Assembly: GCA_963666565.1 (NCBI GenBank)
Contig: OY762911.1
Location: forward strand, 1,216,001 to 1,280,000
Length of the DNA stretch: 64,000 nucleotides
From: Thermoanaerobaculia bacterium
GTDB taxonomy: Bacteria; Acidobacteriota; Thermoanaerobaculia; Multivoradales; Multivoraceae
Direction of reading: 5' to 3'
Shown here in pieces: positions 37,501-47,242 of the stretch. Numbering within the stretch: the stretch's first letter is position 1; each line of letters begins with the position of its first letter. Under the pieces are notes generated by a model. It worked only from the letters and a program-made list of their open reading frames with translations, did no database searches and had not been told where the DNA came from. A program made the position numbers and the translations under genes.

Positions 37501-38051
37501 GTCACATCGCCGAGGTCGGGATCGAGACCTACATGAAGATGCTGGAACAGGCGATCGCCGAACTGCGCGGCGAGGCGCCGTCCGAGGCGCCGTCCGCCAC
37601 GATCAGCCTGCCGTCGTCCATGTCGATCCCGGACGACTACATCGGCGAGGTATCGCTTCGGCTGGAGATCTACCGCCGTCTGGCGGACGTCGCGGAGGAT
37701 CCGGCGACGCTGCTGGCGGAGTTGCGCGACCGCTTCGGGCCGCCGCCGGAACCCGTCCACGCGCTGATTCAGGGCGCCGAACTGAAGCGGATCGCCGAGG
37801 GACTCGGCGTCCAGGCGATCGCGCACCGCAACGACCGGCTGACGATCCGGCTGCGCCGCGACGCGAAGGTCGACGTCGAGCGTCTGATCCGCTTCGTCTC
37901 GGAACGCGACGGCGCCGCCTTCGCGCCCGACGGCGTGCTGACGCTGCGCGACGTCCCGGGACGGGAGTCGATGGAGATCTCGCTCCAGTTGCTGGAACTT
38001 CTGGCGGGCGAACCGCAACGGCGCCTGGGCGGCGCGGAGACGGTCCATTGA
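34572..38051 (+). CDS. mfd: Transcription-repair coupling factor
   Basis: VVHEDHGIG, DRLLCGDVGFGKTE, IDEEQRFG, QLRGRVGRS and DLEIRGAGNLLG motifs. Confidence 0.97.
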   Translation: MSAWRELGRRIRCGRDYRELAAAERAAVAGLPVRAAALVFELLADDREGPQLVVVPSENEVLAWTEAAGLLRGRDPGRVVPFPSPALTPYQQAEASLLVRAQESTAYDSLLNASRVTVVCTPRALFHRLAEPDAFLASVVELEVDGQATPEDLLPRLLAHGYRRSDLVAAVGAVAQRGGVFDLFAPGEPRPARLDLFGDTVESIHRFDPSTQRSEEPIGSLRVRPLTPFAAGPEQAAALAGLLLEEGGDALSDRARAQLDDMAAGEPFDGWEKYLPLLAPSTSLGEAMADAPVVVVDPERVSGEVEQHAALLWEEYARRREDGDLAAEPERLTVPADQVMELVERSAFRVGGTFDPAAGGRRARVDFAAVETDVLIDQLPRFPREVETAAARGDDLWLVAGAERHEALRQTLGRREIDWDGGAVRLVDGELARGFRLPRAGVVLYGAGQLFRRRPRARRRRRMGPFVSGLSDLRVGEFVVHEDHGIGQFLGLKTLDGPSGDGPQPGGNGRRQRQARAVEVMELLYSSGRTLLLPLTRLDEIERYSGIDGIAPRLDRLGGSSWAKKKSRIRRSLKAIATDLLKLYAERRLAQAVPMGGDSDRQLQFESAFPYEETPDQLQAVREIKEDLARDRPMDRLLCGDVGFGKTEVAMRAAFKAVDNGLQVAVLAPTTILADQHLRTFRRRFQGFGVEIEMVSRFRSAAEIRAIRARLAAGEIHVLIGTHRLLGRDIDMPCLGLVVIDEEQRFGVAQKERLRELRRNVHVLAMSATPVPRTLQLSLAGVRDLSLIESPPRDRMAVETRILPFSGDLVREAIEFEVERGGQVFYVYNRVEDIEGVLRYLRELVPGLRIAVGHGQLEEAELGRRMRAFTVGDYDLLLATTIIENGIDIPNVNTMLVHRADRFGLAQLYQLRGRVGRSDQLGYCYLLAPPDTVLSAEARKRLVAIREFTELGAGFRIAARDLEIRGAGNLLGAEQSGHIAEVGIETYMKMLEQAIAELRGEAPSEAPSATISLPSSMSIPDDYIGEVSLRLEIYRRLADVAEDPATLLAELRDRFGPPPEPVHALIQGAELKRIAEGLGVQAIAHRNDRLTIRLRRDAKVDVERLIRFVSERDGAAFAPDGVLTLRDVPGRESMEISLQLLELLAGEPQRRLGGAETVH

Positions 38052-38965
38052 ACTCGCGGCGATTCTCCGCTGGGTGCGCGGGTCTTCTGACCCGCTGCCG
38101 CCGCAGGCGGCGTCAGCCCCGCGCCCCCGGCATGCGGCAAGCGAAGGGGCGACTGTCCGCCTGGCTGCTGGCGGCCACTCTCCTGGCCTGTGCGGGCAGC
38201 CTGCCGGAAGGAGTCGTCGCGCGGATCGGCGGCGAGAACAAGACCTACGAGGACTTCGACCGCTACGTCCTGAGCGTTCTCGGGGTCGACGCCTCCAGGT
38301 CGAGCAGCGAGGTGCTGTCCCGGCTCTTCGAGCGGTTCGTGGACGACGAACTCCTGCTGCGCTGGACCCGGGACCGGGGGCTGGCCGGCGCGGAGGCCGG
38401 CGCCCACGAGGCCGCCGCCGCGCTGCTCGAATCGTCGCCGCCCGAGGTTTCACCGGCGGACGTCGAGCGCCACTACGCGGAGCATCGGAGCGAGTACGAG
38501 CGGCCCGCCCGGGCGCGCCTGCGCCAGATCCTGGTCGAGGACCGGGCCGGCGCCGACCGGGCGCTGGGCGAACTCGAGGCGGGAGTGGACTTCGGCGAAG
38601 TGGCGCGGATCCGTTCGATCGGCCCGAGCGCTCCCGACGGCGGCCTCCAGGGCGAACTGTCGCGGGAGGACCTGCCCGGAGCGCTGGCCGAGGCCGTGTT
38701 CGCGCTCGAGGAAGGGGAGTGGAGCGGCCTGCTGGAGGCCGAGTACGGCTTTCGGATCTTCCAGGTCGAGGGCTACCTGCCGGAGGAGACGCTGTCGCTC
38801 CAGGAGGCGGCGCCGTCCATCCGGTCCCGGCTGGTCGCGGAACGCAGCGACGCGCTGGTCCGCCGGACGGTGGAGGAGGCGAGGCGGGAATACAATCTGC
38901 GGGTAGCCGTTGCACGGTTGCCGTTCGAGTACCGCGGCCGCTACGGCCCACCCGCCGCCGATTGA
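38048..38965 (+). CDS. Parvulin-type peptidyl-prolyl isomerase lipoprotein (PrsA/PpiC-like)
   Basis: Lipobox LLAC; RQILV...FGEVARIRS...GGLQG...YGFRIF rotamase domain; TTG start coupled to the mfd stop (alternative ATG 38132). Confidence 0.85.
   Translation: MNSRRFSAGCAGLLTRCRRRRRQPRAPGMRQAKGRLSAWLLAATLLACAGSLPEGVVARIGGENKTYEDFDRYVLSVLGVDASRSSSEVLSRLFERFVDDELLLRWTRDRGLAGAEAGAHEAAAALLESSPPEVSPADVERHYAEHRSEYERPARARLRQILVEDRAGADRALGELEAGVDFGEVARIRSIGPSAPDGGLQGELSREDLPGALAEAVFALEEGEWSGLLEAEYGFRIFQVEGYLPEETLSLQEAAPSIRSRLVAERSDALVRRTVEEARREYNLRVAVARLPFEYRGRYGPPAAD
38067..38111 (-). repeat. REP-like copy at the PPIase 5' end
   Basis: Plus strand CCGCTGGGTGC-GCGGGTC-TTCT-GACCCGC-TGCCGCCGCAGGCGGC. 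Confidence 0.85.
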
Positions 38966-38975
38966 GGAACACGCC

Positions 38976-40205
38976 ATGACTCCAGTTCGAGCAGCAGACT
39001 GTCTCCGGCCGCCAGGGCGGCGCCGGCCCGACGGCCGGCGCACCCGGTGCGCGGCCAGTTCCATGGGCGATAGCGCGGCCTTGCGGCGGCGATTGCTCGT
39101 GGCGTCGCTGCTGCTGGCGCTGAGCGTCGCTCCCGCCGCCGGGCAGCCGGCGCTCGACGCGGACAACCGCGTCATCCTCCGGGTCAACGACCGGATCGTG
39201 ACCCTTTACGACTACCAGCGGGCCGTCGCCGAACAGATCCGGGGCATCCGGAACACCCCCGGTCTCACCGAGCCGCAACGCCAGGAGCGGCTGGAGCAGG
39301 TCGGCCGTTTGATCATGAAGAGCATGTTCGAGGAGCAGTTGCTCCTCTCGCGGGCGGACCAGCTCGCGGTGGTCGTCGACGAGAGCGACGTCGAGCAGCA
39401 GATCCAGGCGACCTGGGAGCAGTACGGCTTCGAGAACAACGAGCAGTTCCGGGAAGCCCTCGCCCAGTCGGGCATGCGGGAGAAGGACTTCCGGGACCGG
39501 ACGCGCATCCAGTTGCGGTCCAACATCGTGCGCGGCCGCGAGGTGGCGCCCCGGATCGACCTCGCCGACGAGGACCTGCGCCGCTTCTACCGCGACAACC
39601 AGGAGCGCTTCCGCATTCCCGAGCGGGCACGGTTCGAGGAGGTGGTGATTCTCGACGCTGTCGTGCCGGCGGACCGGATGGCGCCGCTGGCGGCGCTGGC
39701 GCGGACCCGGCTGATGTCCGACGCGGTTGCCGCGGACGTGGCGGAGGGGCTTGGCGAAGGCGCGACCGCCGTCGACGTCGGCTGGGTCGCGCCGGGCGAC
39801 CTGGCGGCGGAACTGGACGCCGTCGCCTGGGACCTGCAGCCGGGCGGCGTAGCGGATCCCGTCGCCGCTCGCGGCGGCCTCCACGTGCTGAAGATGCTCG
39901 AGCGCGAACCCGCCTCGGTTGAGCCGTTCGAGGAGGTGCGCGAGGCGATCGAGCGCCAGGAGCGGGGCCGGCTCTTCGACGAGGAGTACGAGCTCTACCT
40001 GGAGGAGCTTGCCGACGCCGCCTACATCGTGGAGCGTCTGCCGGAGGAAGCGGTGGGCTACCGGCCGGTCGCGGCGCCCTCGCTCGACGCCGACGCTCTC
40101 GGACTGCTCAGCCGCTTCGGTCCGGACGCGAGCGCCGAGGCTGCGGAGGAACCCGCGGAGGAACCCGCGGCCGAAGAGACCGGCGACGGCGGCCCCGACG
40201 CCTAG
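38976..40205 (+). CDS. SurA-like chaperone/PPIase
   Basis: RVILRVNDRIVT SurA N-domain; rotamase-like DVGWV...GGLHVLK; alternative ATG 39063. Confidence 0.82.
   Translation: MTPVRAADCLRPPGRRRPDGRRTRCAASSMGDSAALRRRLLVASLLLALSVAPAAGQPALDADNRVILRVNDRIVTLYDYQRAVAEQIRGIRNTPGLTEPQRQERLEQVGRLIMKSMFEEQLLLSRADQLAVVVDESDVEQQIQATWEQYGFENNEQFREALAQSGMREKDFRDRTRIQLRSNIVRGREVAPRIDLADEDLRRFYRDNQERFRIPERARFEEVVILDAVVPADRMAPLAALARTRLMSDAVAADVAEGLGEGATAVDVGWVAPGDLAAELDAVAWDLQPGGVADPVAARGGLHVLKMLEREPASVEPFEEVREAIERQERGRLFDEEYELYLEELADAAYIVERLPEEAVGYRPVAAPSLDADALGLLSRFGPDASAEAAEEPAEEPAAEETGDGGPDA
39005..39047 (+). repeat. REP-like variant copy at the 5' end of the SurA-like gene
   Basis: CCGGCCGCCAGGGCGGC-GCCGGCC-CGAC-GGCCGGC-GCACCCGG. 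Confidence 0.65.
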
Positions 40206-40229
40206 AGCTGACGAGGCAGCGCCTGCCTT

Positions 40230-40292
40230 CGGCCGGCGCTGCTTCCGGCCACCTTCGGCGGGAGCGGGTCAGAAGACCCGCGCACCCAGCGG
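40230..40292 (+). repeat. REP-like copy upstream of mraZ
   Basis: CGGCCGGCGCTGCTTCCGGCCACCTTCGGCGGGA-GCGGGTC-AGAA-GACCCGC-GCACCCAGCGG. Confidence 0.85.
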
Positions 40293-40337
40293 AAAGCCGC
40301 CTCCGGCCGCAGCCGGTTCCATGCAGGCGTTCGGACT

Positions 40338-40371
40338 GTGGAGCAAAGTGGTCTGAAGTAGACAAATATGG
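40338..40371 (+). promoter_or_regulatory. MraZ-binding boxes upstream of the dcw cluster
   Basis: GTGG/GTGG/GTAG/ATGG at exact 10-nt periodicity (40338, 40348, 40358, 40368), matching the known MraZ operator architecture. Confidence 0.75.
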
Positions 40372-40448
40372 CCTAACGGTGCTAGGCTCCCGCGCCTGAG
40401 CGTCAGTTTTGGGCAATTTCGCCCACCCTGACGCTCGGTGCGCGAGCG

Positions 40449-40919
40449 ATGTTTCGAGGGCATGCAGAGGCCAAGATCGACGCCAAGGGCCGGCTCAAGG
40501 TCCCGAGCGTCTTCCTGCGCCCGCTCCAGGAGCGGTTCGGTCCGGACATCTTCACCACGTCGCTGCGCGGCGACTGCGCGTGGATCTACCCCCTGCCGGT
40601 ATGGGAGCAGGAGGAGCAGCGCCTGGGGCGGCTCCCGTCGTCGAACACCCGCCGCCGCGACTACCTCCGGCGGATCAACTACTTCGGCCAGCAGAGCCGG
40701 CTCGACTCCCAGGGCCGGCTGATGGTGCCGGGCCGGTTGCGCGAGCGGGCGGGCATCGATGGCGGCGTCGTCCTCTTCGGCAAGACGGACCACCTGGAGG
40801 TCTGGAACCTCGAGCGGATCGAGAACGAGATCGAGTCCCGGCCGTTCACGGACGAGGACCTCGACGAACTCACGCGGGACCTCGACGCGCTCGAGGCGAA
40901 CGGGAGAAGGGACGGCTAG
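40449..40919 (+). CDS. mraZ: Division/cell-wall cluster transcriptional repressor MraZ
   Basis: MFRG...IDAKGRL, LDSQGRL and HLEVW motifs; first gene of dcw. Confidence 0.95.
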   Translation: MFRGHAEAKIDAKGRLKVPSVFLRPLQERFGPDIFTTSLRGDCAWIYPLPVWEQEEQRLGRLPSSNTRRRDYLRRINYFGQQSRLDSQGRLMVPGRLRERAGIDGGVVLFGKTDHLEVWNLERIENEIESRPFTDEDLDELTRDLDALEANGRRDG

Positions 40920-40923
40920 CGAT

Positions 40924-41895
40924 GTGGCCGAGCGAAGCGCCTCCCACCAGCCCGTCCTCGTCGACGAGACGCTGCGGTTCCTCGCTCCCGAGCGGGGCGG
41001 CTGGTTCGTCGACTGCACGGTCGGCCTGGGCGGCCACGCGGCGGAGTTGCTGCGCCGCCACTCCGCGGCCTCCGTCCTCGGCATCGACCGCGACGCCGAG
41101 GCGCTCCAACGCGCGGCCGCCCGGCTGCGCGAGTTCGGCCGGCGCGCCCGCCTGGTTCACGGCAACTTCGGGTCGATCCGGGAGATCGCGGCCGACGCGG
41201 GGATCGGGAAGCCGGCGGGAGTCCTCGCCGATCTCGGCGTTTCGTCGCTCCAACTGGACCGGCCGGAACGCGGCTTCAGCTTCATGCGGTCCGGGCCGCT
41301 CGACATGCGAATGGACCAGTCGCCCGGATCGGCGGCGAGGACAGCGAGGGACATCGTGAATCTCGAACCCCGGAACGTGTTGGAAACCGTGCTGCGCGAC
41401 TACGGAGAGGAGCGGCAGGCCCGCCGGATCGCGCGCGCGATCGTCGAGCGCCGCCGCCGGCGCCCGATCGAGACGACGGACGACCTGCGCGACCTGGTTC
41501 ACGAGGCGGCCGGCACCTCCAGGGTGCGGCGGGGCCGCGCCGCGCGGCGCGGCGCCCGCTCCATCGACGCCGCGACGAGGACCTTCCAGGCGCTTCGCAT
41601 CGCGGTCAACGAGGAACTGTCGGGCCTCGGAGAGACGCTGGAACGGACGATGAAGCTGCTCGAGCGGGACGGCCGGCTGGTCGTCATCTCGTACCACAGC
41701 CTGGAAGACCGGATCGTCAAGCACCGTCTGCGCGCGGGTGCGCGGGGCGAGGTGGATCCGGTCACCGGCCGGCCCCGCGCCGAGACCCGCCTGATCGAGC
41801 TGATGACGCGGAAACCGATCCGGCCCGAGCCGAGCGAGGTGCAGTACAACCCGAGGTCGCGGTCCGCCCGGTTGCGGGCGGCGAGGCGCCTCTAG
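40924..41895 (+). CDS. rsmH: 16S rRNA m4C1402 methyltransferase
   Basis: HQPVL, DCTVGLGGH, DLGVSSLQLD, PLDMRM, ISYHSLEDRIVK and NPRSRSARLR motifs. Confidence 0.96.
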   Translation: MAERSASHQPVLVDETLRFLAPERGGWFVDCTVGLGGHAAELLRRHSAASVLGIDRDAEALQRAAARLREFGRRARLVHGNFGSIREIAADAGIGKPAGVLADLGVSSLQLDRPERGFSFMRSGPLDMRMDQSPGSAARTARDIVNLEPRNVLETVLRDYGEERQARRIARAIVERRRRRPIETTDDLRDLVHEAAGTSRVRRGRAARRGARSIDAATRTFQALRIAVNEELSGLGETLERTMKLLERDGRLVVISYHSLEDRIVKHRLRAGARGEVDPVTGRPRAETRLIELMTRKPIRPEPSEVQYNPRSRSARLRAARRL

Positions 41896-41926
41896 CGGCG
41901 CGGGCGGAACATCGGGAACCGGGACG

Positions 41927-42310
41927 GTGAAGACCGGCTACAGCGTCAGCAAGGAGATCTCGAATCCCTTCCTGGTGCGCCAGCGGGACCCCGGCCGCCT
42001 GCTCGGGCTGTGGCGGGTGTTCGCGATCCTGCTGCCGTTCGCCGGCGCGGTCTTCGCCTATACCTGGGTACACGAACAGGGCATCGAGGCCGGCTACCGC
42101 ATCGAGGAACTCGAACGGAACCTCGAGGAGATGCGCCAGCAGGAGCTCCGGCTGGAGCTGGAGGCGACCCGGCTCAGCCGCCCGGAGCGGCTCTCGGCCC
42201 TCGCCCTGGAAGAGCTCGGGATGGCGCCGCCGGCGCTCGACCAGATGGTCTTTCTGAACTCCGAAAGCCTGTCCCTGGTCGAGGCCGGGGCGGCGGAGGC
42301 GGCGCCGTGA
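41927..42310 (+). CDS. ftsL: Cell division protein FtsL
   Basis: Single TM plus coiled coil ending ELGM; position between rsmH and ftsI. Confidence 0.85.
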   Translation: MKTGYSVSKEISNPFLVRQRDPGRLLGLWRVFAILLPFAGAVFAYTWVHEQGIEAGYRIEELERNLEEMRQQELRLELEATRLSRPERLSALALEELGMAPPALDQMVFLNSESLSLVEAGAAEAAP

Positions 42311-44166
42311 ACTCTCTGGGGCCGCGAGCCCGGAGCGCCCGCCGGCGCTACGTCGGAAGGCTGGCGGTGCTGGTCGCGGTTTCCGGTCTGTGGATGGGCG
42401 CGATCGCCGTACGGCTCTTCGACCTGCAGGTGCGCGGCGCGGAGAAGTACCGCGAGCAGGCCGCGAGGCAGCAGCGGAGCGAGGTCGTTCTGAACCCGAA
42501 GCGCGGGACCATCTACGACGCGCGCGGCCGCCGGCTCGCGGTCTCGGTGGAGACGCGGACGCTCTACGCCGAGACCGCCAAGGTGGCCGACCCGGCGGCC
42601 GTCGCCGCCGCCATCGCTCCCCTGGTCGGCCGCTCGCGGGAGCGGATCGAGGCGCTGCTCGACAAGCGCGGCCACGTGCCGCTGGCGCGCAAGCTCGACC
42701 GCGAGGTGGCCGACCGGATCGACCTGTCCGAGTTCCCCGGCCTCTACTTCCTCGGCGAGAGCAAGCGCCAGTACCCGATGGGCAGCCTGATGGCCCACGT
42801 GCTCGGCTTCGTCGGCACGGACCGCAGCCTCGCCGGCCTGGAGTACCGCTACGACACGGAAGTGGCGGGCGAGGCGGTCCGCAGGCATGTGCTCCGCGAC
42901 GGCCAGCAGCGGGTCGTCGTGGTCGCCGGTTCGCTGGGCGAACCGAAGCCGGGCGCCGACCTCCACCTGACGGTCGACGCGACGATCCAGCACCTCGCCG
43001 AGCGGGCGCTGCGGGAGACGATCGAGTCGTTCGGCGCCAGCGCCGGCAGCGTCGTCATCCTGGCCCCCGAGGACTCGGCCGTGCTGGCGATGGCCTCCCA
43101 TCCGACCTTCGACCCGAACCGGTTCGGCGACTTCGGCCCGAACGAGCGCCGCAACCGCGCGCTCCAGGACTCGTACGAACCCGGTTCCACCTTCAAGACG
43201 ATCACCGCGGCCGGCGCCTTCGAGCGGGGCGTGGTCCATCCCGACCAGATCATGGACTGCGGCATGGGGCGGATCCGGGTCGGCAAGGCGCTGATCAAGG
43301 ACCACAAGCCGTTTCCCGAGCTGACGTTCCGCACCGCGATCGCCAAGTCCAGCAACGTCTGCGCGATCAAGGCGGGCGGCCTGACCGGATCGGAGACGAT
43401 GCAGCAGCTCGTGACGACATTCGGCTTCGGCGCGGTCACCGGCATCGACCTCGACGGCGAGCACCCCGGCATCGTGCCGCTGCGGGTCTGGGACGAGGAG
43501 ACGACGGCGTACGTCTCGTTCGGCCACGGCCTGGCGGTGACGCCTCTCCAGCTCGCGAACGCTTACGCGGCGATCGCCAACGGCGGGGTCTGGAACCGGC
43601 CCTACCTCGTGCGGTCGATGGAGCGGGAGGGCCAGGTCGTCGACATGCGGCCCGCGGACCGCGGCCATCGCGTGATCTCCAGGTCGACCGCGTACCGGGT
43701 GGTCCGGCTGCTTGAGGAGGTCGTGGTCAGCGGCACCGGCCGGAAGGCCGCGATCGCGGGCTACCGGGTGGCCGGCAAGACGGGCACGGCCGAGAAGTCG
43801 GACGCCTCGGGTTACTCGGAGACCGGCCGCGTCGCCGGCTTCGTCGGCATCGCGCCGGCGCGGGCGCCGCGCCTGGTCTGCCTCGTGATGATCGACGAGC
43901 CGACCGTCTCCACCTCCGGCGGCGAGGTGGCGGCGCCGGCCTTCCAGCGCATCATCAGCGAGGCGCTGTTCTACCTCGGCGCCACGCCGTCGCGCCAGCC
44001 GATGGGCTGGGGCCAGCCGGTCTGGCTTCAGCCGGCCCCCGAGCCGTCCGAGGCGCAGCCGGAAGTCCGGGTGGCCGCCGCGGCGGAGCAGGCGGCGGAA
44101 CAGACGGCGGAACAGGACGACGCGGAGGCGGAGGGCGAGCCGTGGACGGCGGCGGGATCGAGCTGA
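42307..44166 (+). CDS. ftsI: Peptidoglycan transpeptidase FtsI (PBP3)
   Basis: RGTIYD, EPGSTFK (SxxK), SSN and KTGTA motifs. Confidence 0.95.
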   Translation: MNSLGPRARSARRRYVGRLAVLVAVSGLWMGAIAVRLFDLQVRGAEKYREQAARQQRSEVVLNPKRGTIYDARGRRLAVSVETRTLYAETAKVADPAAVAAAIAPLVGRSRERIEALLDKRGHVPLARKLDREVADRIDLSEFPGLYFLGESKRQYPMGSLMAHVLGFVGTDRSLAGLEYRYDTEVAGEAVRRHVLRDGQQRVVVVAGSLGEPKPGADLHLTVDATIQHLAERALRETIESFGASAGSVVILAPEDSAVLAMASHPTFDPNRFGDFGPNERRNRALQDSYEPGSTFKTITAAGAFERGVVHPDQIMDCGMGRIRVGKALIKDHKPFPELTFRTAIAKSSNVCAIKAGGLTGSETMQQLVTTFGFGAVTGIDLDGEHPGIVPLRVWDEETTAYVSFGHGLAVTPLQLANAYAAIANGGVWNRPYLVRSMEREGQVVDMRPADRGHRVISRSTAYRVVRLLEEVVVSGTGRKAAIAGYRVAGKTGTAEKSDASGYSETGRVAGFVGIAPARAPRLVCLVMIDEPTVSTSGGEVAAPAFQRIISEALFYLGATPSRQPMGWGQPVWLQPAPEPSEAQPEVRVAAAAEQAAEQTAEQDDAEAEGEPWTAAGSS

Positions 44167-45731
44167 TGCGGCTCGGCGACGCGGTCGCCGGCCTGCCCCT
44201 GCGCTCCGGGCTGGGCGCACCCGCGGCCGACACCGAGGTCACGGGAATCCAGCACGATTCCCGACGCGTCGGCGGCGGCGACCTGTTCGTGGCGTGGCGC
44301 GGCGAGGTCCACGACGGCCGCGCCTTCGCGGCCGCCGCGGTCGCCCGCGGCGCCGCCGCGGTCCTGGCGTTCGGCCCGCCGCCGGCCGCGACGGCCGCGC
44401 CCGCCGTGCCGTGGCTGGAGGTCGACGATCCGCGGCGCCGAATGGGGCCGGTGGCGGCCAGGCTCCACGGCCACCCCGAGCGGGAACTCCTGACCGTCGG
44501 CGTCACGGGCACGAACGGTAAGAGCACGACCGCGCAGTTGATTGGCGCTTGCCTGAACCGCGCCGGCCGTCCCGCCGCTGTGATCGGGACCCTCGGCCGG
44601 AGCGTGTGCCGGCCGGGCGCCGGGGCGTCCGGGACGACCGCGCTGAGTGCCGCCGCCTCCGGCCGGACGACGCCCGAGAGCAGCGACCTGTTCCGGATGC
44701 TGCGACGGGCCGTCGACCTGGGGGCGCGCTCCGCGGCTGTGGAGGTCTCGTCCCACGGCCTCGACCAGGGCCGCCTGAACGGGATGAGTTTCGACGCCGC
44801 CGTGTTCACGAACCTCACGCGCGACCACCTCGACTACCACGCCTCGATGGAGGCCTACTACGGGGCCAAGCGGCGGCTCTTTTCGCTGCTTCGCTCGGGC
44901 GGCCGCGCGGTCGTCAACGTCGACGACGAGTACGGGCGGCGGCTGGCGGGCGAAGTGGGGGAGGCGGCCGAGGTCTGGCGGTACAGCGCCGCCGGCCGGA
45001 GCGGCGCGGACGTGCGCGTCGTCCGGTCGGAACTCGATCTCCAGGGCATCCGGGCCGAGCTCGAGACGCCCGGGGGCCCTCTCCCGCTGACGAGCCGGCT
45101 GCTGGGCCGGTTCAACCTGGAAAACCTGACGGCGGCGGTGGCCGCCGCGAGCGCCCTGGGGCTGCCGGACGAGGCGGTCCGTGCCGCGGTGGCGGCGGAG
45201 AAGCCGCTGGACGGCCGGCTGGAACCGGTGGACTGTGACCAGGGGTTCCCGGTGCTCGTCGACTACGCCCACACGGACGACGGCCTGCGCGCCGCGATCG
45301 AGGCGATCCGCGAACTCTGCTCGCGCCGCATCCTGGTCGTGTTCGGCTGCGGCGGCGACCGGGACCGGGGCAAGCGGGAGCTGATGGGACGGGCCGTGGG
45401 CGAGGGGGCGGACTTCGCCATCGTCACCGACGACAATCCGCGGACCGAGGACCCGGTGCGGATCCACCGGGCGATCGTGGCCGGCATGGAGGCCGCCGGC
45501 GACTGCCGCCGCGAGGTCGTGCCGGACCGCCGGGAGGCGATCGGCCGCGCCGTGGCGCTGGCCGCGGCCGAACCGGGGTGGGCGGTGCTGATCGCTGGCA
45601 AGGGCCACGAGAGGACGCAGACGATCGGATCGCGGAAGCTGCCCTTCCGCGACCGGGACGAGGCCCGGCGGGCCCTGACCGCGCTGAGCGCCTCCGGGTT
45701 GCCCGGAGGGCGGAAGGCGCCTGCGAGGTGA
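44142..45731 (+). CDS. murE: UDP-MurNAc-tripeptide synthetase (meso-DAP type)
   Basis: GVTGTNGKST, EVSSH, FTNLTRDHLDYH, DYAH, DNPR (DAP specificity) and AGKGHE motifs; alternative ATG 44166. Confidence 0.95.
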   Translation: MDGGGIELMRLGDAVAGLPLRSGLGAPAADTEVTGIQHDSRRVGGGDLFVAWRGEVHDGRAFAAAAVARGAAAVLAFGPPPAATAAPAVPWLEVDDPRRRMGPVAARLHGHPERELLTVGVTGTNGKSTTAQLIGACLNRAGRPAAVIGTLGRSVCRPGAGASGTTALSAAASGRTTPESSDLFRMLRRAVDLGARSAAVEVSSHGLDQGRLNGMSFDAAVFTNLTRDHLDYHASMEAYYGAKRRLFSLLRSGGRAVVNVDDEYGRRLAGEVGEAAEVWRYSAAGRSGADVRVVRSELDLQGIRAELETPGGPLPLTSRLLGRFNLENLTAAVAAASALGLPDEAVRAAVAAEKPLDGRLEPVDCDQGFPVLVDYAHTDDGLRAAIEAIRELCSRRILVVFGCGGDRDRGKRELMGRAVGEGADFAIVTDDNPRTEDPVRIHRAIVAGMEAAGDCRREVVPDRREAIGRAVALAAAEPGWAVLIAGKGHERTQTIGSRKLPFRDRDEARRALTALSASGLPGGRKAPAR

Positions 45732-47242
45732 GACGGCAACTTGCCGACGCGGCCGTGGTCATGAATGGAGCGCTCATCGGAGATGTCGACGCAGGCGCCT
45801 GCTACCGCGGCGCCGCCATCGACTCGCGCCGGGTCGAGGGCGGCGAACTCTTCTTCGCGCTGCCCGGCGAGCGGACCGACGGTCACCGCTTCGTCGCCGC
45901 GGCGCTTGCCGCGGGCGCGGCGGCGGCGGTGGTCAGAACGCCGGTCGAAGACGCTGGCGGCCCGCAGGTCCGGGTCGGCGACGTGACGGAGGCGCTCCAC
46001 GAACTCACCCGCGATCACCGCCGCCTGCTCGACATCCGCGTCGCCGCGGTCACGGGTTCGGCCGGCAAGACGACGACGAAGGACCTGCTCGCCCTGCTGC
46101 TGGGCGAGCGCTGGCGGGTGCGGAAGAGCCTGGGCAACCTGAACAATCTGCTCGGCTTCCCGCTCACCCTGCTGGCCACCGGCGCCGACTGCGAGTGGCT
46201 GGTGGCCGAGATGGGGATGTCGACGCCCGGCGAGCTGGCGGCGGTGAGCCGCCTGGGACAGCCCGACGTGGCGGTGTTCACGAACGTCCGGCCCGCGCAC
46301 CTCGCCGGCTTCGAGGAACCCGGCGGCGACGCCGCGGGCGTCGAGGCGATCGCGCGGGCCAAGGCGGAACTGCTGGAAGGCCTCGCCGAGGACGGACTGA
46401 TCGTCGCCAACGCCGGCGACCCCCGGGTCGTCGGCCTGGTCGAACGCTACCTGGCCGCCCGCGGCGAAGAGCCTGGGGCCGGCGCGGCGGAAGACGGCGA
46501 ACGCCGGAGGCGAGGAGGCGTCGAAGGCGCGCCGGCCGGGGAACGCGTCGTCTGGTACGAGCTGGAACCGGCGGCCGGCGAGACGCCGCGCGCGGCGGTC
46601 GCGGCCCGCGGGGTCGAGCCGCTGGCGGAAGGGCCGGGCACACGGTTCACGCTGGAGCACCGGAGGGCGCCGGCGACGGTCGAGGCGACGGTCGAACTGC
46701 CGCTCCACGGCAGGGTGAACGTCGAGAACTTCCTCGCCGCCGCGGCGTGCGCCCTGACCCTGGGCGTGCCGATCGAAGCCGTCGCGGCGGCGGCGCGCCG
46801 GGCCCCGGCCGCTGCCGGCCGCGGCCAGGTCGTGCCGCTGCCGTCGGGCGCCACCCTGGTCGACGACTCCTACAACTCGAACCCGGAAGCGGCGCGGCTG
46901 GCGCTGGAGGCGGCGCGCCTGCTCGACGGCCGGCGCCACGTGGCGGTCCTGGGCGACATGCTGGAGCTGGGCGCCGCCGAGCGCCGCTACCACCGGGAGC
47001 TGGGCGGCGCCGCGGCGGAACTCGGTTTCGGACTGGTGGCCGGCGTCGGCGAACTCGCGACGGAGACGGTCGCGGCGGCCCGCGAGGCCGGCGTGGAGAC
47101 GGCCTGGTTCGAGGACGCGCGGGTGGCGGCCGCCGGCGTGCCGGCGCTGATCGGCGACGGCGACGTCGTCCTGGTCAAGGGCTCGCGCGGGGCGGCCCTG
47201 GAGCGAGTCGTCGAGGCGCTGGCCGGAGAGAGGCCGAACTGA
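45728..47242 (+). CDS. murF: UDP-MurNAc-pentapeptide synthetase
   Basis: VTGSAGKTTTK, NLNNLLG, EMGMS, DDSYNSNP, LGDMLELG and VKGSR motifs. Confidence 0.95.
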   Translation: MRRQLADAAVVMNGALIGDVDAGACYRGAAIDSRRVEGGELFFALPGERTDGHRFVAAALAAGAAAAVVRTPVEDAGGPQVRVGDVTEALHELTRDHRRLLDIRVAAVTGSAGKTTTKDLLALLLGERWRVRKSLGNLNNLLGFPLTLLATGADCEWLVAEMGMSTPGELAAVSRLGQPDVAVFTNVRPAHLAGFEEPGGDAAGVEAIARAKAELLEGLAEDGLIVANAGDPRVVGLVERYLAARGEEPGAGAAEDGERRRRGGVEGAPAGERVVWYELEPAAGETPRAAVAARGVEPLAEGPGTRFTLEHRRAPATVEATVELPLHGRVNVENFLAAAACALTLGVPIEAVAAAARRAPAAAGRGQVVPLPSGATLVDDSYNSNPEAARLALEAARLLDGRRHVAVLGDMLELGAAERRYHRELGGAAAELGFGLVAGVGELATETVAAAREAGVETAWFEDARVAAAGVPALIGDGDVVLVKGSRGAALERVVEALAGERPN